64,000 nucleotides of DNA from Stegostoma tigrinum (Eukaryota): contig NC_081371.1 of NCBI RefSeq assembly GCF_030684315.1, forward strand, positions 32,607,440 through 32,671,439, written 5' to 3'. Below, in pieces: positions 13,265 to 25,362 of the stretch (the first letter of the stretch is position 1; each line of letters opens with the position of its first letter). Position numbers and translations under genes: made by a program. A model generated the notes under the pieces. It had not been told where the DNA came from and did no database searches. It saw only the letters and a list, made by a program, of their open reading frames with translations.

Positions 13265-13999
13265 AGTGTGAATGTGCAGTTTTGCGAGAGATTGTCATTC
13301 TGATGGTGTCTTAGACTGTATGCACATTTGTGGGCACCATATTGTCAACCATGCCTTATTTGAGACCTCTAAAGAGTTTCCATTCCTCTTCATCCTGTGG
13401 AATGTGATCACAGTTAGTGAATCACCAAGATGGAAGCTAGTATCTGGGAATGTAATCATTGCCTTCACTCTGTGACCTTTCCAGTGGTGTTTGAGCAAAC
13501 TCAGTGAATTACAGCTTGGCTACTGAACAACAAGGCAGGTCTGGTGGCGTAAGACACTCAACTCAGTTGCATGACCCATGGACAGATACTCCGCATCCTC
13601 AAAATGAAAGCTGTACTGTGACAAAAACGATCAACACATCCATTGTTTGAGCAATGCAGTACTTAGTTGAGTGTCGATGAAGGTTTCAAAAGGCCTGCAA
13701 GATGTTGCACAGCATCATCATGAAATGATTGCTCTTTTCAGCAGTACTAAGTGTGCAAGGGTGTGGTACAGCATATGAATGTTTGATTTGAGGCTTGTTG
13801 GTAGAAATTGCATTACTGTGCGCTGGGCTATGGTGATTTGAATCTTGGTTGTGGCTGTGGTGCACTTGGTAAGATATTTAATTTGTGGATTCACTCATTG
13901 ACCTTTTTACTTAATTGAGGCCAATGAATTTCTAGTCATATCAAATTCAAGTCCTAGGTGCTTAATGCCTGACACTGACCTTCATAGTTATCTGTTCAA

Positions 14000-14190
14000 G
14001 TTATATTTGCGCCTGGAAGACAGCCTCTCTCCCCAGCACTCCCCAGAAAAAAAGCGAGATCTCTCATCCTTTTGTTCTCCTCCACCAAGATCTCCAAAGC
14101 CACATCCAAAAATCTTGTGGCCTTCTCTTTCCACTGGTGTGCCAGGTTTTCAGCTGGGAATTTCACCAAGCTTGATTGCCCCAGCATCGG
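14000..14190 (-). pseudogene. Harbinger-type Myb/SANT-like ORF N-terminal remnant
   Basis: KEKATRFLDVALEILVEENKRMRDL resembles the RxPRFSxxxLExLVEEVxxRRDxL start of Myb/SANT-like (Myb_DNA-bind_5) proteins encoded by PIF/Harbinger elements. Confidence 0.55.
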
Positions 14191-14759
14191 CACTAACTAC
14201 AATGCAGTGTGGGCTATCTTTAACCGATGTGGTCTAACTTTACATGCAATTAGCCGGTTCATGATTTTGGGCCCCTACTGACGTGCCTGGCCAATAAACA
14301 AGTAGTCTATGCTGGCTGGATGCTGAGTTCATTCAAATGCAATGTATTTGAAGACCTCAACCAATATTTAAGGCTGGTAATTTGTTGAGCATAAGTTTCC
14401 CTGGTTCACAATAGCAAATTCTCCTGCTTTCGAAGTTGGGAAAAAAAGTGTCAGCAATAGAAAATCAAAACATTACGATGAGCAGCATTAAACCCTGAAG
14501 TTTTAGATATAATTAGAAAAAATGTAAACCTAAGAGGATGAATGTATTACCATAGATAATAGCTGATGTCTGTTCAACATCATGTTTGATAGCTAAAATA
14601 GACAGAAATATTGCTGATATAATGTCTAAACAAGCAGAATCTTACAAGGGGGTATGATTGACGTAATCTGTAGCAACATTTGTGACAGAATCATGTGTCT
14701 GGTGAGAGCTGTTTTAATGTAGGGAGCAATTTGCAGCACCTCTTGTGCATTTTGCCAAG

Positions 14760-15720
14760 AGGCGAGGCACATTTCCACTGGGACGTGGTGAGTTGCCAAT
14801 TTAAAGGTGCTTGTTGACCAACAAGCTAGACATTGAGAATTCTCAACATGGAAGCCAGACTTCCACTCACATCTTTCTCCAAAGGACCTCCAAATTGGAC
14901 ATCTGTCGTCAACACTTCAGGGCATGCGCTGTGGTTACTAACCGCATGAACACCAATGCCTACAGATATTGGCATTTGACATGTGACAACCTGTAAGAAC
15001 CTTCATGACACATCTTCGATCCATTGCATTACAGTTGCACTGGCAATTATCACTACAATATTGTGCAATAAGTACACTTGCATTCATGCACAAGTACCCA
15101 AACCATGGACTGGACCAAGCTGCATCTCCAGGCTGTTTGCTTGCTCTCGTACCACTCACTCGTTCTGTCTAGATGCTCAGACCATCCTTCACTCACTTGC
15201 CGTGCCTTTTGAACCTTGCTCCCTCAGCCAGAGGTATCAGAGAGAAGATGATGGCACTTGCTGTGGTGATGTGGAAAAGGACATTGTCCTTCTTCCCACA
15301 TTGCACTGCATTCCTCCAGATGGCTGAGACTTCACTGGCCTGGCTGGCAACCTCAGATCAGGCAGTTGTGATCCAGTGTTGTGGCCTCCTATGCAGTTCC
15401 TGGGGATGAGGCCATCTTACCTGTGAACCAGATTGTGCAGTCGGACCTCTATATTCCTGCCAACAAAACCAGGAGCCAAGCTCCCATTTTCTAACATGCC
15501 CAGGACAAATGTCAGGGACCATGCAGGCAATGGCCTTTTGAAGACAGTGTTGCCCCAAGGGAAGCCAGTCAATTCGAGGATGTTGTGGCAATGGCAAATA
15601 GTTCTGGGAATGGCACATGGTAAAATTGGGTTACATTAGAAGAGAAGGATGTCATTAGGGCAGGGTATGTGGTTAATGAGGTGAGTTTGGTAGGATAGGG
15701 CAAGGCCGAGTTAGACTTCA
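14760..15720 (-). mobile_element. Decayed Harbinger-family element with Myb/SANT-like remnant at ~15250-15495
   Basis: Minus-strand reading across frameshifts gives SLAPGFVGRNIEVRLHNLVHR*DGL...RRPQHWITTA*SEVASQASEVSAIWRNAVQCGKKDNVL, matching the trihelix pattern AWxEVAxxVSxVSxxxRxxxQCxKKxNDL. Confidence 0.65.
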
Positions 15721-15899
15721 TGGTGAAAACCCCTTCTCCAAACTTTTCGGAACGTGTACTTAGCCAGAAAAGTAAGATTCAGCTTAACATCTCTGTTAAA
15801 ATGTCATTTCAGCCAGGGAAATTGCAATTTAAAAGTGCACATAAAATCTCAGCTACAATATTAATATATTTAATTGTTCTAAAAACATGAATTAATCTC

Positions 15900-15927
15900 T
15901 CAGAAAATCTTTTTAAAGATTTTCTGA
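15900..15927. repeat. Perfect 13-bp inverted repeat with 2-nt spacer
   Basis: tcagaaaatcttt-tt-aaagattttctga. Confidence 0.9.
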
Positions 15928-17348
15928 ATTTCTGTATAATTTAGAAGTTTGTTGCTGTTTGAAAATAAATACTTGCAACAACTTCTTGTGTTATCTAATT
16001 GCAAAACATTAGTCCATCAGCTATTAGGGTGTGAGGGAGTTTAAAAACAGTGCTTTGAATGGCAGAGAACTCCCTCAACAAATATTTTTAGAAAATTTGT
16101 GTAAATTTCTGCTGTGTTTAAAGGGAACTCCCTCTCTACCAGACCATTAATACTCTAAAAAAGTCATCTCATCACTGCCAGCCTTAGTTTCTATTTCTAA
16201 ATAAACTTGTAGACATTTGAATATTTGTGTTAAATCATCCAATAATGTCACTTTGATGTGACTTCGGATGTGAGATAGTATTTGTTGATTTTGATACATT
16301 TCTCCCCGCCAGAAAGCATTGCACTTTATTCTGTCAATGGCACTGTGGTTTTCCAGTACCCTCTTGAAGTGGCAGTGACTTGTGTAGGAAATTGACCGTG
16401 AAGTTTTACAATTTTTGTTTGTTGCTTTTTCAAAAATAATTCTGTCTTGTGGCTAACCCACAGCAAAACTATTCTGTCTTTTCTATCTCTTTCGATCTTT
16501 CTAACTTTTCTAAATCATTTAAAAATGCTTTGCTTGTGCAATGGATATGAGTGATCATTAGTGATGTGTTTCTGAAAATGTGCATGCTTTATTCTTTTTC
16601 TTGTAAGAGCCGTCAACATCAAGTGTCACATTTTCCATTCCTATTATCTTTTTAGTTAATGTTCAATAAGAAGTATAACCTGGACTGTTGGTTCATAAAC
16701 ACATCTGGTTCAGCAGTTGTTTACTGTAGCTAGAGCGGCTGTCACCTTTTGTGTAACTACTTGCATATTTGTTTTATTTGTACCCTGTACATTCTCAACG
16801 ACACCTGGCAAGTAATGGAAAATGAAGCTTCTGCTCAGGGGTGTCCACCTTTTATTTGTGCATTTTTTTTTCAGTTACGTTTATAAATATGCTTTGTGGA
16901 TTTTATTTGTAGTTGTCTGGCAGAAATATTGTACATGAGAATGCAAGTAATATTATTTGATTCTGATTTTATTGGCCTAGTTAACAGAATTAACAGAGCA
17001 CATTATCGTATGTGTATTTTGGGTGTGAACTTAGTTTGATATAACTAGCAGAGGGGAAATGCATTGTAGAATGTCTGAGTACTTCAGAGAACAGTGGACT
17101 TTATTTAAAAAAAAGCCAAGTGGAGATTCTTTTTGTGTTTGGAGTGCTACGTGATTTCTCAAGTATAAGGTCTTTGGGGGAGAAAAGTGACCCCAAGAGT
17201 CAATGGAGTGCAGGTACTGGATCTTCAGGTTGCAGTTTTTGAGGTCACTGTGGGTATTATTTACTGTAAGATTTCAACTGATCTTAGCAGGACATCTCTT
17301 CTCTATCCTCAAAATACAGTACAGCTATGCAGTGAATAAAACATTTAT

Positions 17349-17560
17349 NNNNNNNNNNNNNNNNNNNNNNNNNNNNNNNNNNNNNNNNNNNNNNNNNNNN
17401 NNNNNNNNNNNNNNNNNNNNNNNNNNNNNNNNNNNNNNNNNNNNNNNNNNNNNNNNNNNNNNNNNNNNNNNNNNNNNNNNNNNNNNNNNNNNNNNNNNNN
17501 NNNNNNNNNNNNNNNNNNNNNNNNNNNNNNNNNNNNNNNNNNNNNNNNNNNNNNNNNNNN
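17349..17560. other. N-run, 212 nt (gap or masked sequence)
   Basis: Directly visible run of N. Confidence 0.98.
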
Positions 17561-18310
17561 CCGACGAAGGACAGTATTAAATGTTTTAAATGTCACAAAA
17601 ATAAATGAATATCAGCCAGTAGATTTAAAACTAGGCAATATCTGTGATGTTTTCAGCAAGAGCCTTTTTTTCTTCAAATGCCTTTGAGGCAAAATTTTAT
17701 TTAGTCACCCAAAAAAGAAAGCCCATTGCACTATTTATCACAGGCTGATACTGCATGATTTGTAACTCACTTACAAAATTTTAATTTAGTATGATTAGCT
17801 GTGCATCATTAAACAACAGTCTTTCATAAAGAATGCTGTAAAATCCTGACAGAATCAAGATACTGAATATTTTAAATAAGCTACAGTCATTCACGGTTGT
17901 CGAAGCTGGATAATACTAGATAATACATGAAATAGAGTGTTTGAATTTGTGCTTTCAGTTTGAGGTGCTTTTAAATGCAAGGCTAAAAACATGTAAGTTG
18001 CTTATATTCTGTTTAACGTTACAGTGTTCCTCTATTTGATGTATCTTGCAGTTCAAAAAAAATGACAAAGGTATACTCATCTAAATTTAGAAATCAAATG
18101 TCTTGCATATATTTAACGAATTGCTTGGCTGTTTTATTTTTAAAGACATTTATTTGTTGGAAGACTGTACCACGCTTTCCCTTTCTGTTCTGGGACTGCC
18201 TCTGTAATTGGCAGAATGGGACCATCTTGATAATGGAAGTGTAAAGGTGTAACGAGTGTGTTAATTGATGCTTCTTAATCACTTTTAGGTATTAAGTCAT
18301 GATGCAAGAA

Positions 18311-18490
18311 NNNNNNNNNNNNNNNNNNNNNNNNNNNNNNNNNNNNNNNNNNNNNNNNNNNNNNNNNNNNNNNNNNNNNNNNNNNNNNNNNNNNNNNNNN
18401 NNNNNNNNNNNNNNNNNNNNNNNNNNNNNNNNNNNNNNNNNNNNNNNNNNNNNNNNNNNNNNNNNNNNNNNNNNNNNNNNNNNNNNNNNN
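18311..18490. other. N-run, 180 nt (gap or masked sequence)
   Basis: Directly visible run of N. Confidence 0.98.
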
Positions 18491-18807
18491 GCCTTATTTC
18501 ATTTTCACCACATTTTACTTACTGTCTATTGAAAAAAAGCTTTCTCTTAGGACTAAAACATTCATTTTGATCGCTTTTAAGATTTTAATCTTTAGTGTTG
18601 AAAACAAATTTCACATTCATTATTCTCCATAATCTAGATATTCTTCTGCCTGAGTATAATAGCATTGTGTTTTACTATTGTGATCCAATAATGATATTTT
18701 GTTGATAAATATAGGCATGCTTAGTTTTAAATAAAGCAATGCTAGTCAGCTTTATTATTTATAAAGCTTCAGTTTATGTCTTGGACACTTCAGATGCAAT
18801 CTGTTAT

Positions 18808-18826
18808 TTTCCACCAGAGGGCCACA
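18808..18826 (+). promoter_or_regulatory. Candidate CTCF core motif
   Basis: CCACCAGAGGGCCA closely matches the CTCF consensus CCASYAGRKGGCRS. Motif match only. Confidence 0.35.
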
Positions 18827-19166
18827 TTATTTGATTTCTGATCTACTTGTAACATAAACTGAACATGTTTGTTATGAAGTGGGGATGAGACATCAGATGA
18901 GAGATGATTCTGTTGCAAATAGTTTTAAATGAATGAGTCAGGTTGAATTTAACCCTGGATTCCAGAAAGGAGGAAATGGATGAATGTGAAATACTCTTGC
19001 GAGCCTAAGTTTCAGGCCCAGAATATTTTAACTCTTGAAGGACTTTTTGAATCTAGCGGTCTACTTTGCATGTATTCTGGGCAGGAGGGGCTACAGAGCA
19101 GTAGCGCGTTTGGCCTGCTTGCAATTAAATGACTGGGTTCGCGTTTTGAGAGCGACTTCGAGAAAG

Positions 19167-19186
19167 GAGAGAGAGAGAGAGAGAGA
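19167..19186 (+). repeat. (GA)10 microsatellite
   Basis: Direct reading. Confidence 0.95.
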
Positions 19187-22100
19187 CAGACACGTCTGAG
19201 GGAGGACACAACTTTCCTCATCGGTCTCAAAGGAAAACCTCTCTTCTTATTGGACCCATGAAGAAAGTTTTTTGACTTGATCGGTCAGGGTCCCTTTTAT
19301 CTTCAGCTTCTGGAGTTGTTTCAGCCTTGCAGAAAAGCTATTGTGGGATTTCTGCTTAGCACCCTAATTGAAATACAACTGAGGTGTTAATAACATAACA
19401 GGATCCCAGTTTTCAAAGAGTCAAGGAATCCTCACCAAATTTAGGAGGGCATTTTAACCAGTGGCAGAACCTTGAAAGTTAAAATGAGAAATTATGTGGA
19501 TTGTTGGGGAGTGTGAAACCTGCTCAGGTTCTGTCACTTGGCAGGGTTATAATGAATCCCAGTGTGTTCTATGAATGCAAAAACATTTGCTTTCATCCAT
19601 ATCTGAAAACTACTGTAAGATATCATTTAAAGTGAATAATTTCAGAAAGTAAACTATTAATGTCCTAAGGTTTTTTGCACACAGTGGTACTGTGTTGTTA
19701 CATTTTATTGTTTCATTATGTTTTTCTAAAAGTATAATTTAAGGGAAAATGCAGGACAACATTACAATTAAAGCAACATGTACAATGTATTTTCATTTGC
19801 ACTATGGTTGATTCTAGATCCAGAATGAACAATAGATGTTGGACATGTCTCTGTAGGTTATACAAGAGAAAAAGTGTAGTAAATTAGTGGTCTTAGACTG
19901 CAGGGAAATGCTGTTCTCTTTAAGAAACAGAAAGTGATTGTTTGGACCAGATAATTATCTGTGCAGCATTTATAAAGTGAAAGAAAACACATTCCTGTTA
20001 GGTTCATAAAAGGAAAATGTTACTTAGATGTCTATTTATATAGCTAGTTGATCGTAGCATTTTTGTATGCTCTTGATTCAGTAAACACGTGCATAGTTAG
20101 CCTACCCAATGTTCTAATTTTATTCACTATGATTTTATAGACATCTTGATGAAAATATTATGTATTTTGGCATATTGTTCAGAGCATTTATCAGGTTTTA
20201 ATTGCCTATAATTTGAAACTTATTTGTAACTAACATATAAGGAATTGGATTAAGTTGGATTTGATTATACTGAATAGAATGTTGCAGAAATTTTAACTGT
20301 TATTTCTTTCTATATAATTTTTCTGTAGGGATGATCAATTATGGTTATAAAGGTCTCAATATAATCTACATTGGAACATTTAGTCTTATTTCATGAATTT
20401 GTATCTGTTAAGACTTCTAACCGGAGTGTAAAGGTTTTCTAAGTTGTTTTTATGGATTCCACGAATGTGTTGCAAAAATAAAAGTTTCTGTCTACGATTT
20501 ATTTAAAAATGAGAGATCATTAATGTTGATCACATGAATTCACGTTCTGCCTTAGCATATTTTTACATGGCAAGACTTTCAGCTTGAAATACCTGTTTGC
20601 TGTTCCATTTCTGGTCATTATACTCACAAAAAGGCATGTGGCATTGAAAAGGATTTGTTTATCAAAGAGACAATAACATTACACATCCTTGAATGGATTA
20701 AGGGGGAGAATTATTCAATTTGCTACACTGTGAGATTCTCTCAAAGATCTATGGGGCATGGCTCACAGCTAAGGTGAAGGAATACACTTAAAGCTAACTA
20801 GTTAATATTTCAACTTGTTAATGCACGGAAACATTGGTTCTCTATTGAATATGGATAAGTAATTGATTTGACAGGTTTAGATGACTACCTTGGCACAAAA
20901 GCAAGAAAGGATGAAAATGTTATGTGTAAATTTTAGATGTAGAGGTGACAGAATAATTGGGTGAGTTTGATGACTAGATGACCTTTTTTGACTTCTGCAA
21001 TTTGATGAACTAGTTGATTTTGAAGAAGAAAATTGTCTAATTCATAAAACTGATAGGTGCAGTACCTAAATCTTTCATCTAGTAATCTAATTACACTGAT
21101 TCCAGAGAATTAGACTACCTTTAATTCAAATCAAATATCACTTCAATTTGGTTACAATCTAAAAAAGTGAAAGAGAAGAGTTTCCACTCATTTGAAAGGT
21201 TAGTACGATTGAAAAGAGAAAGATATACATTTGTGTCACTTGAAGATAATTTGGCATATGATGTGAAGGCATTAGCCTTAATGCCTGAAAGAAAACTGTC
21301 AGTAAGTAATGGGAAAATCTCTATTTCAAGGAAAACAATGAAACCTTTACTTAATGCACTTTCCTTGTTTCATCTCTTAACTGTTTCAAAATGCCACTTT
21401 GTCAGCAGATTTATGTAGCTTTCCTGGAGGTTAGGGAGATGCACAGCTATAACATGAAACGCAGTCAGTTTTGATGAGCTTGCACATGCGTGTTACCTGA
21501 ATTAGTTGTTGTAAAATATTTACAGAGCAGCCTGGAATCACTTTGAACCAGAGTATTTGTGTTCTTATGTGAACAGTGATCATGACCTTGAGAAAATAAT
21601 ATAAAAGACCTTAGTTATCAGTTTAGACAGCCAGGGTTAAAAAGAAAAAATATCTCCTTTTTAATGCCCTTCACATGGCACCTATACCCACCACTTGAGA
21701 CGCATTCAACATTTTGACAAGACCACTCTGTTTTTCATTGTTCAGACTTGAGAAGAAACCTGAGTCTGCTTTACCTCAGCCTGCAAACTCTTTATATCTT
21801 ATTTCTCATTTTCTGATCCTCATTAGATACAAACAATATAATTGTGTGTCTGTGACATTTTAAAAGTGGTTGGGAGCCACTGTAGTAAAGATGTTAAATG
21901 ACTAAATCTGAAAATCGCTTCAGTTCATAAATAGTACACATTCCCCAGTCTCATCACACAAATCAATTACTGAGGACCCAATTTTTCAAAGGTGTGGATA
22001 ACCTTTTGTTTCAATATGAGTATTTTGCAATACTTAACATTTTATAGCTGAAAATTAATTGGCATCTGTATTAAATTGAACAAGTGTTTGACCAAAAAAC

Positions 22101-23149
22101 TAATGGGAAGTTATCAGAATGATTTCCTCACAAAAAAAGATATAAATATGCATAAGTGCCTGACACAAAGGCCAGACCAAGCCTTTTCCATGGATTTTTC
22201 TTTATTTTTGCCTCATATCAAGAGCTAGTTATTCCTCCAGATTTCATGTAATCACCTGGGAAATGTGAAAAGCTAAATGAAAAATCCAAGACCAAATATG
22301 TGGATAACGTATGAAAAATTCCTTTCTAACCCCTCCAGGTGATCTTTATTGATCCAGTAGGCATGTTGACACTGACATAACATTGGCACCTACCGCTTAT
22401 GTGATGCAGTCATGGTGTCAGCCTGTCGTTGAACCGTTCTGTTCCCTCTAAACTGTACAGGCAAGTGGCCATTTCTTCAGATGTGTCTCAGAATGCGACA
22501 ATGCTCAACAAAGAAACTAATGGGGAAATTCGCTTTTGTAGAATCCAGAATAACACATATTTTTCCTCTTATCCCTGCAATAATAAAGCTGAGCTCCCCT
22601 CGGGCTGTGCAATCGGCAGTGGGGACAGTATGTATGGTGCACATCTTGCAGTGTTGTTTGAAATGATTCATACCTATGTAATTCATTTGCCCATCAACTG
22701 ACTCAAGGGCATGCCGACCACCCAGAGAAAGCAAAAATGGCTACATCGTCAACAGGAATAGTCAGGGAGGCCCCTCTCTCCTCCCACCACATCATGCCCT
22801 GTTTTCTCTGGGCAGGAAACCTCAAAGCAGCCACCAAAGAATGTAAGACTTTCACAACATTTTAACTGCATGCTTACTGTCCCAACACTTCTTTGTTAGC
22901 TAAAAGAAAGTGAGGGCATTGGTCATTTTAGAGCTGCTTGATAGGACAATAATAGATTTTCTTCAACATATCTAATGAGCTGCTAAAATGGCTGCACAAC
23001 TTTGAGTAAACAAATGTTATATCATTATAAATGGATATTTCTTATTGTGAAATATCTATGCTGTGGTTAATCTGAGAATCATGCTTGATTATTCTATGTT
23101 TTACATTATTATTAATGTACTGATGGATATCAGCAAAAAGTAAGTGTTC

Positions 23150-23480
23150 TCTTTTCTGATGACTCCACTCTCGAGTAGTTCAGTTCTCATCTGAAATCAA
23201 GTAGCATCTGAATCACTTCAGGTGGACATAGACAAAATTAGTGAGTGGCAAAATAAATGATATGTACCATCAGTGCACACGAGATCCGAGTAATAGCGCT
23301 ATCAAGAAAGATTGACCATAATGTTGCCTATCCATCTATGCTGTATCGGATAGCAACTACATTTTAGTTATAAAAACTCACCTGCTTGAAATTGCAATTT
23401 CACTGGATAATCACGAGAAAAAAACAAGTGGATATCTGGGAAAAGTAACATTATAGTTTAAATCATGAGCCCTCCTTGTC
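23150..23480 (+). mobile_element. Ancient LINE RT fragment
   Basis: FSDDST (YADD-like) followed by SLQVDIDKISEWQNK (LQxDLDxIxxW motif). Confidence 0.45.
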
Positions 23481-24346
23481 GTTGATTGCAACATGAATAG
23501 TACAGTGATCCTATATGTGCCAGATGATGGGATATTACAGCCCAGCTTGTCACGCATCAAAGGAAACCAACTTTTCTCTCGAAGATGTCAGTTTCAGACT
23601 GTGGACTTTGTCTATCTCTGGTTGGTTAACTGTCTCTAAACTGAAGAAGTGTTGAGGGCCAGAGTCTCATAAAATTATAGTTGAATCCATACCATAGAAT
23701 CATTTCTGTTTAAGGCAAACCTCACTGTTTACACCAGAGACACAATCTGTGTCATGTTCTTGCCCTGGTTTGATAAACTGAGAGTTATAGTGCTTTAACC
23801 AGCTATTGATATTCCCTAGTTCCACCTGCTGATAGTAGTATGGTTATTTACATCAGAATTTTGTTTTTGGTAAACTTATTGGCACAGCCACTGGAGTAGT
23901 GATTGGTCTAAAATACATAAAATGGGTGTATTCAGAGTGCTGTCTCAGTTGTGAATTTCAGCAACTTGATGGATAGGTAAGAAAGGCACACTATATTGCT
24001 CACTTTGACTACCTGTCACCCTGACTACTTGAATGAGCAATATTTGTGTACCAATTTTCAAGAATGTTTGACTCTGGATCAGTTGGCACAGGCAGGGTCA
24101 AGATACAGCATGGAGCTAAAGATTAAATAGTGCAAAAATGGACAGTGACCTTGATATCTGCAACAAGAAACCTTTTAAAAATATGACCCGTGGCATTTCG
24201 AAGGAAGAGAATCAAGCACTTATTTATCTATGGAATAGTAGATCAATGTCACTCAATGTTTTGATGATCAGAATAGTCAGAAGAGGATATATGTTAGCTG
24301 ACTTTTTTTAACTCCTTGGATACCTTGTACACCAGCAGACTGACAC

Positions 24347-24483
24347 CACACACACACGCTCTCGCCCTCTCGCGCGCGCTCTCGCCCTCTCGCGCGCGCT
24401 CTCGCCCTCTCGCGCGCGCTCTCGCCCTCTCGCGCGCGCTCTCGCCCTCTCGCGCGCGCTCTCGCCCTCTCGCGCGCGCTCTC
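24347..24483 (+). repeat. CpG-rich minisatellite: short (CA)n then six exact copies of a 20-bp unit
   Basis: ctcgccctctcgcgcgcgct x6 at 24361-24480. Confidence 0.97.
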
Positions 24484-24489
24484 TTCCCC

Positions 24490-24935
24490 CATACACTCAC
24501 TCCTTCACGCTTCACAAACAATCTGGTTAGGGCTGCTGACGGCACACAAAATCAAATATTTACACAACTTCTACAAGCCACATTAACAACAATTACTGTT
24601 ATGCACAGCTCCAGATCATCTTGCACTTCTGAGAACATTTACAAGAAATACCAGTTAGACACTAACTGACAGTTAACTATCAAGCATTGTTTCAGTTTGG
24701 AACCAAACAGATTGATTCTGTTCAAAGCATTGCCCTGAGGAATAAATTCTTAAACATTCACAGGCAACACTAGAGTCCCCTTGTCAACCAACGTGCTCTC
24801 GCTTCTCATATACTATAAATACTGTCTTCTCTTTACATGAATATTTCTTGCAAATTTTTCTGATGAGTAAGACAAAAAGCTTCAGTAAAATATGTTCCTT
24901 TTCAACAATACCCAAGTTGTGAACTAACAAAAGAC
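24490..24935 (+). mobile_element. Probable PLE-related element end with decayed HHR at 24860-24883
   Basis: CTGATGA-GT-AAG-AC-AAAA-AGCTTC has HHR core order with G12>A (consistent with CpG decay) and a palindromic AAGCTT stem III. A TATAAA lies ~45 nt upstream. The 5' boundary is uncertain. Confidence 0.5.
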
Positions 24936-25362
24936 TGTCATCACGTATTTTACTCATTCATGTTGCAGGGAAAACATATTCATAATGTAGATTGTTAATA
25001 AGGTAACTGTTCCCAACAAAGGAGATGGTGGGTTAGTGAGCATGTGTGGGGAGTTTTAACATGAAGAGGTGAGTGTGGTTGGGAGAAGTTCGAAAGTGCT
25101 AGTATTGCTGGCAACAATCCACAAACATTTGGATTTAACTTCATCACTTTCGGTTATGTGCAGGGTATTCCCTGGGGAGAGGCAGATTCCAATTATAATA
25201 CTGTACACAAAAGCCAATTGACAGCTGTTTAAACTGTGTCTTTCAGAATTTAATTGTGATGGCTTTCTGTGCTTCGTGGAAGTTACTAGTGATAGAATAG
25301 TAACAAATCACCTAGGAATTGAGGGACTGAACAAATGCTATGCCAAAAAAAGTCTTCTAAAT

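Noticed and set aside
24277-24669. ORFs with ARERARARARGRE / ALSRALSPSR repeats
   Set aside because: Translation artefacts of the 20-bp minisatellite, which has no stop codons.
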